Positions 62,164 through 64,000 of a DNA stretch of 64,000 bases are shown piece by piece. A program made the position numbers and the translations under genes. Below the pieces are notes generated by a model. It saw only the letters and a list, made by a program, of their open reading frames with translations. It had not been told where the DNA came from and searched no databases. The stretch's first letter is position 1, and each line of letters opens with the position of its first letter. Origin of the DNA: Acidimicrobiales bacterium (GTDB taxonomy: Bacteria > Actinomycetota > Acidimicrobiia > Acidimicrobiales > Bog-793); contig JBKQMT010000174.1 of the NCBI GenBank assembly GCA_052146595.1, positions 10,370 through 74,369 on the forward strand. Direction: 5' to 3'.

Positions 62164-63258
62164 CTACGCCTCCAGTACCCGGCCGCAGGGATCGGCGTCA
62201 TAGCCGGCGATGGCGGCCAGTTGAGCGGGTAGCTCTCTGCCGGCGAGGACGTCGAGGAGAGCTCTGACCTCTGGCGTGCCGAGCAGCGAGTGGGGGACGT
62301 GCAGTTCGCAGATCTCGTCCTGCCATGGCACGAAACCGAGCCCGTACGCCAGCGCCGCCGGCTCACTTGCGACTCCGACCTCGGCCAGGCCGGCTGCGAT
62401 CGAGGACGCCACGAGCAGATGGGCGCTGCAGGTGCTGCCGTAACCGGCCAGCTCGGCCGGCTCGGCACCGAGCTCGCCGAGGGCGGCGTCGAGCAGCCTG
62501 CGGGCCTCCGAGCCCGGCTCGCGATTGACGAGGCGCAGGCGAAGCTCGAGGGCGGTGGCAAGGGAGTGCACCGCGTCGGCGAACTTGGCAGAGACGACAA
62601 GACCCTCGCGCCAGGCGGCGAAGCCGACGACCTCATGGCCGGACGGGCGGGTTGGCCGCTCGTCGGAGCGCCGGTGGACAGCGGCGGCGTGAACGGTGCC
62701 GGCCTCCAGCAGCTGCCGACCGGCGGTGTTGTTGCACGACCACCACACGAGGCTGGTCGGCGGCCGGTGGCGTTGGAGCGGTCCGGCGAGAAGGGCAAGG
62801 GCAGGATCGCAGCCTGCGACCGCCAAGGTCGGCCCCGAGGTGGCGATCGGCTGGACGTCGATGAGCGAGCCTGCCGGTGCGGGCTTCCTGCCGGTCGCAT
62901 GGGCGAGCGCCGGTCGGAAACCTGGGGCGAACCCTGAGTCGCCGACGAGAGGGAACGCCACCGGCGCACCGTCGATCTCCGAGACGAGGAGGCGAGGGGA
63001 CCCGAGGGCCGGGGCGGCGAGCCGGGCCCTGAGCATCGGGAGCTCGGGCGCGGCGCCGAAGAGCTCCTCGACGCTCGTTGCGAGGGCCGAGGCGAGGGCT
63101 AGCGCGACCTCGAGCGAGGGCGACCATCGGCCGGACTCGATGCCGGAGATCGACTGGCGGGTCACGCCGGCCCTGTCGGCGAGCGCGCCCTGCGACAGGC
63201 CCCGGGCGAGTCGCGCGAGCCGGAAGCGGTCGTCGATCCTCTGGCTGGCGCTGGTCAT
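62164..63258 (-). CDS. XRE-family HTH regulator fused to a periplasmic-binding-protein-like (ModA/PBP-like) sensor domain
   Basis: LARLARGLSQGALADRAGVTRQSISGIESGRWSPSLEVALALASAL, then an approximately 270-aa PBP-like domain. Confidence 0.7.
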   Translation of the reverse strand: MTSASQRIDDRFRLARLARGLSQGALADRAGVTRQSISGIESGRWSPSLEVALALASALATSVEELFGAAPELPMLRARLAAPALGSPRLLVSEIDGAPVAFPLVGDSGFAPGFRPALAHATGRKPAPAGSLIDVQPIATSGPTLAVAGCDPALALLAGPLQRHRPPTSLVWWSCNNTAGRQLLEAGTVHAAAVHRRSDERPTRPSGHEVVGFAAWREGLVVSAKFADAVHSLATALELRLRLVNREPGSEARRLLDAALGELGAEPAELAGYGSTCSAHLLVASSIAAGLAEVGVASEPAALAYGLGFVPWQDEICELHVPHSLLGTPEVRALLDVLAGRELPAQLAAIAGYDADPCGRVLEA

Positions 63259-63270
63259 TCGCCCTCTGTC

Positions 63271-64000
63271 TCAAGCCAACACGATGGGTGGATCGAGGGC
63301 GGTGAGGGTGCACTCCTCGCTCGCGACAGCCGCCTCGTCGAGGTGGATCGTGAATTGCTCTCCGGAGCGCTGGGCCACGATGCATTCGTAGCGCGGCCCG
63401 AACGGGCGCGTCGAGCGGATGGTCCCGCTCAGCACGAGGCCGCGCTCGGGCAATTCGCCGAGAAATACCCGATCAGGATGGATTGCGTAGAAGCGGTTCG
63501 CCGCCCCTGGGACCGGGAGGAAGCCGCCGTAACCGACAAGCTCCGCCACGCGGCGGCTCAACGGGGAGAGCACCACTTCGAGCGGGCCGCCCATTTGCAG
63601 CAGCCTGCCGCTGTCGATTATCCCGAGTCGCTCGCCGAAGGCCTGCGCCTCGGCGAGGTCGTGGGTGACGAGGATGCCCGCCGCCTCGCGCTCGTTGCAA
63701 GTCTCGATTGTGAGGAGGCGAAGGGCTTCACGCGCCGCGACGTCCACGGCCGAATAGGGCTCGTCGAGCAATAGAACGCGAAACGGGCTGGCGAGCGCCC
63801 TCCCGAGGGCGACACGCTGACGCTGGCCACCCGACAGGGCGGCCCCTCGCGCCCGCGCGAGCACGGTGAGACCGAGGCGCTCGAGCAGCTCGGTGACGCG
63901 GCCTCGGGCGGGGGAGCGGCGCATCCCGTAGGCCACGTTCTGCTCGACGGTGAGGTGTGGGAACAGCGTCGTCGGCTGGCGCACGAGGGCGACGCGCCTC
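63271..64000 (-). CDS. ABC transporter ATP-binding protein (molybdate/tungstate/sulfate-type), C-terminal part; the N-terminus is beyond the window
   Basis: QPTTLFPHLTV, LSGGQRQRVALGRAL, LLLDEPYSAVD, VTHD. The reading frame stays open to nt 64000 (..RRVALVRQ..). Confidence 0.8.
   Translation of the reverse strand, partial: RRVALVRQPTTLFPHLTVEQNVAYGMRRSPARGRVTELLERLGLTVLARARGAALSGGQRQRVALGRALASPFRVLLLDEPYSAVDVAAREALRLLTIETCNEREAAGILVTHDLAEAQAFGERLGIIDSGRLLQMGGPLEVVLSPLSRRVAELVGYGGFLPVPGAANRFYAIHPDRVFLGELPERGLVLSGTIRSTRPFGPRYECIVAQRSGEQFTIHLDEAAVASEECTLTALDPPIVLA

Overview
High-G+C, gene-dense chromosomal segment with Actinomycetota hallmarks: the F420 genes cofC/fbiD and an F420-dependent NADP reductase, PIG-L and DinB/mycothiol-type enzymes, a fused PafBC WYL regulator, HU with a PAKKA-repeat tail, and fused Ada-AlkA plus Ogt as in mycobacteria. 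I call about 58 protein genes and 1 gene relic. I recognised no rRNA, tRNA, CRISPR array, transposase or integrase. Layout, left to right: (1) a minus-strand sugar/polyol catabolic cluster at 1-8721 (FGGY kinase, amidohydrolase, class I aldolase, HutC/GntR regulator, CUT2-type ABC importer, dhaK); (2) deoC, small detoxification and regulator genes, and a DUF3516-type DEAD/DEAH helicase; (3) a hydrolase-TetR operon with a perfect operator palindrome and an apparently leaderless start; (4) a PLP decarboxylase followed by about 1.4 kb of poorly explained DNA (23254-24647) that holds a degenerate 27-nt/9-nt periodic tandem array, a small unknown ORF and C-rich hairpins; (5) a binding-protein-less peptide-type ABC operon coupled to a class V aminotransferase; (6) MFS, DUF45, glutamate decarboxylase, GNAT, ada-alkA/ogt; (7) an operon of a small membrane protein, a stand-alone di-haem cytochrome b6-like protein, an unknown membrane protein and an orphan NarL-type regulator; (8) esterase, PafBC, and a ROK-regulated GH31 sugar ABC locus; (9) a MOBF (TrwC-type) relaxase convergent with a coupling-protein (VirD4/TraD-like) ATPase, with no other conjugation or integration genes; (10) hupB, PIG-L, cofC, GH38 mannosidase, an XRE-PBP regulator and a partial ABC ATPase. 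The loci most worth a second look are the cytochrome b/orphan-regulator operon, the isolated relaxase/coupling-protein pair, the periodic array at 23366-23635, and short tandem reiterations of gene 3' ends at four loci. All family names come from motif recognition by eye, with no database search. Many long ORFs in the track are antisense shadows typical of high-GC DNA, and several listed ORFs carry spurious N-terminal extensions, so I give internal starts where an RBS or a start/stop overlap supports them.
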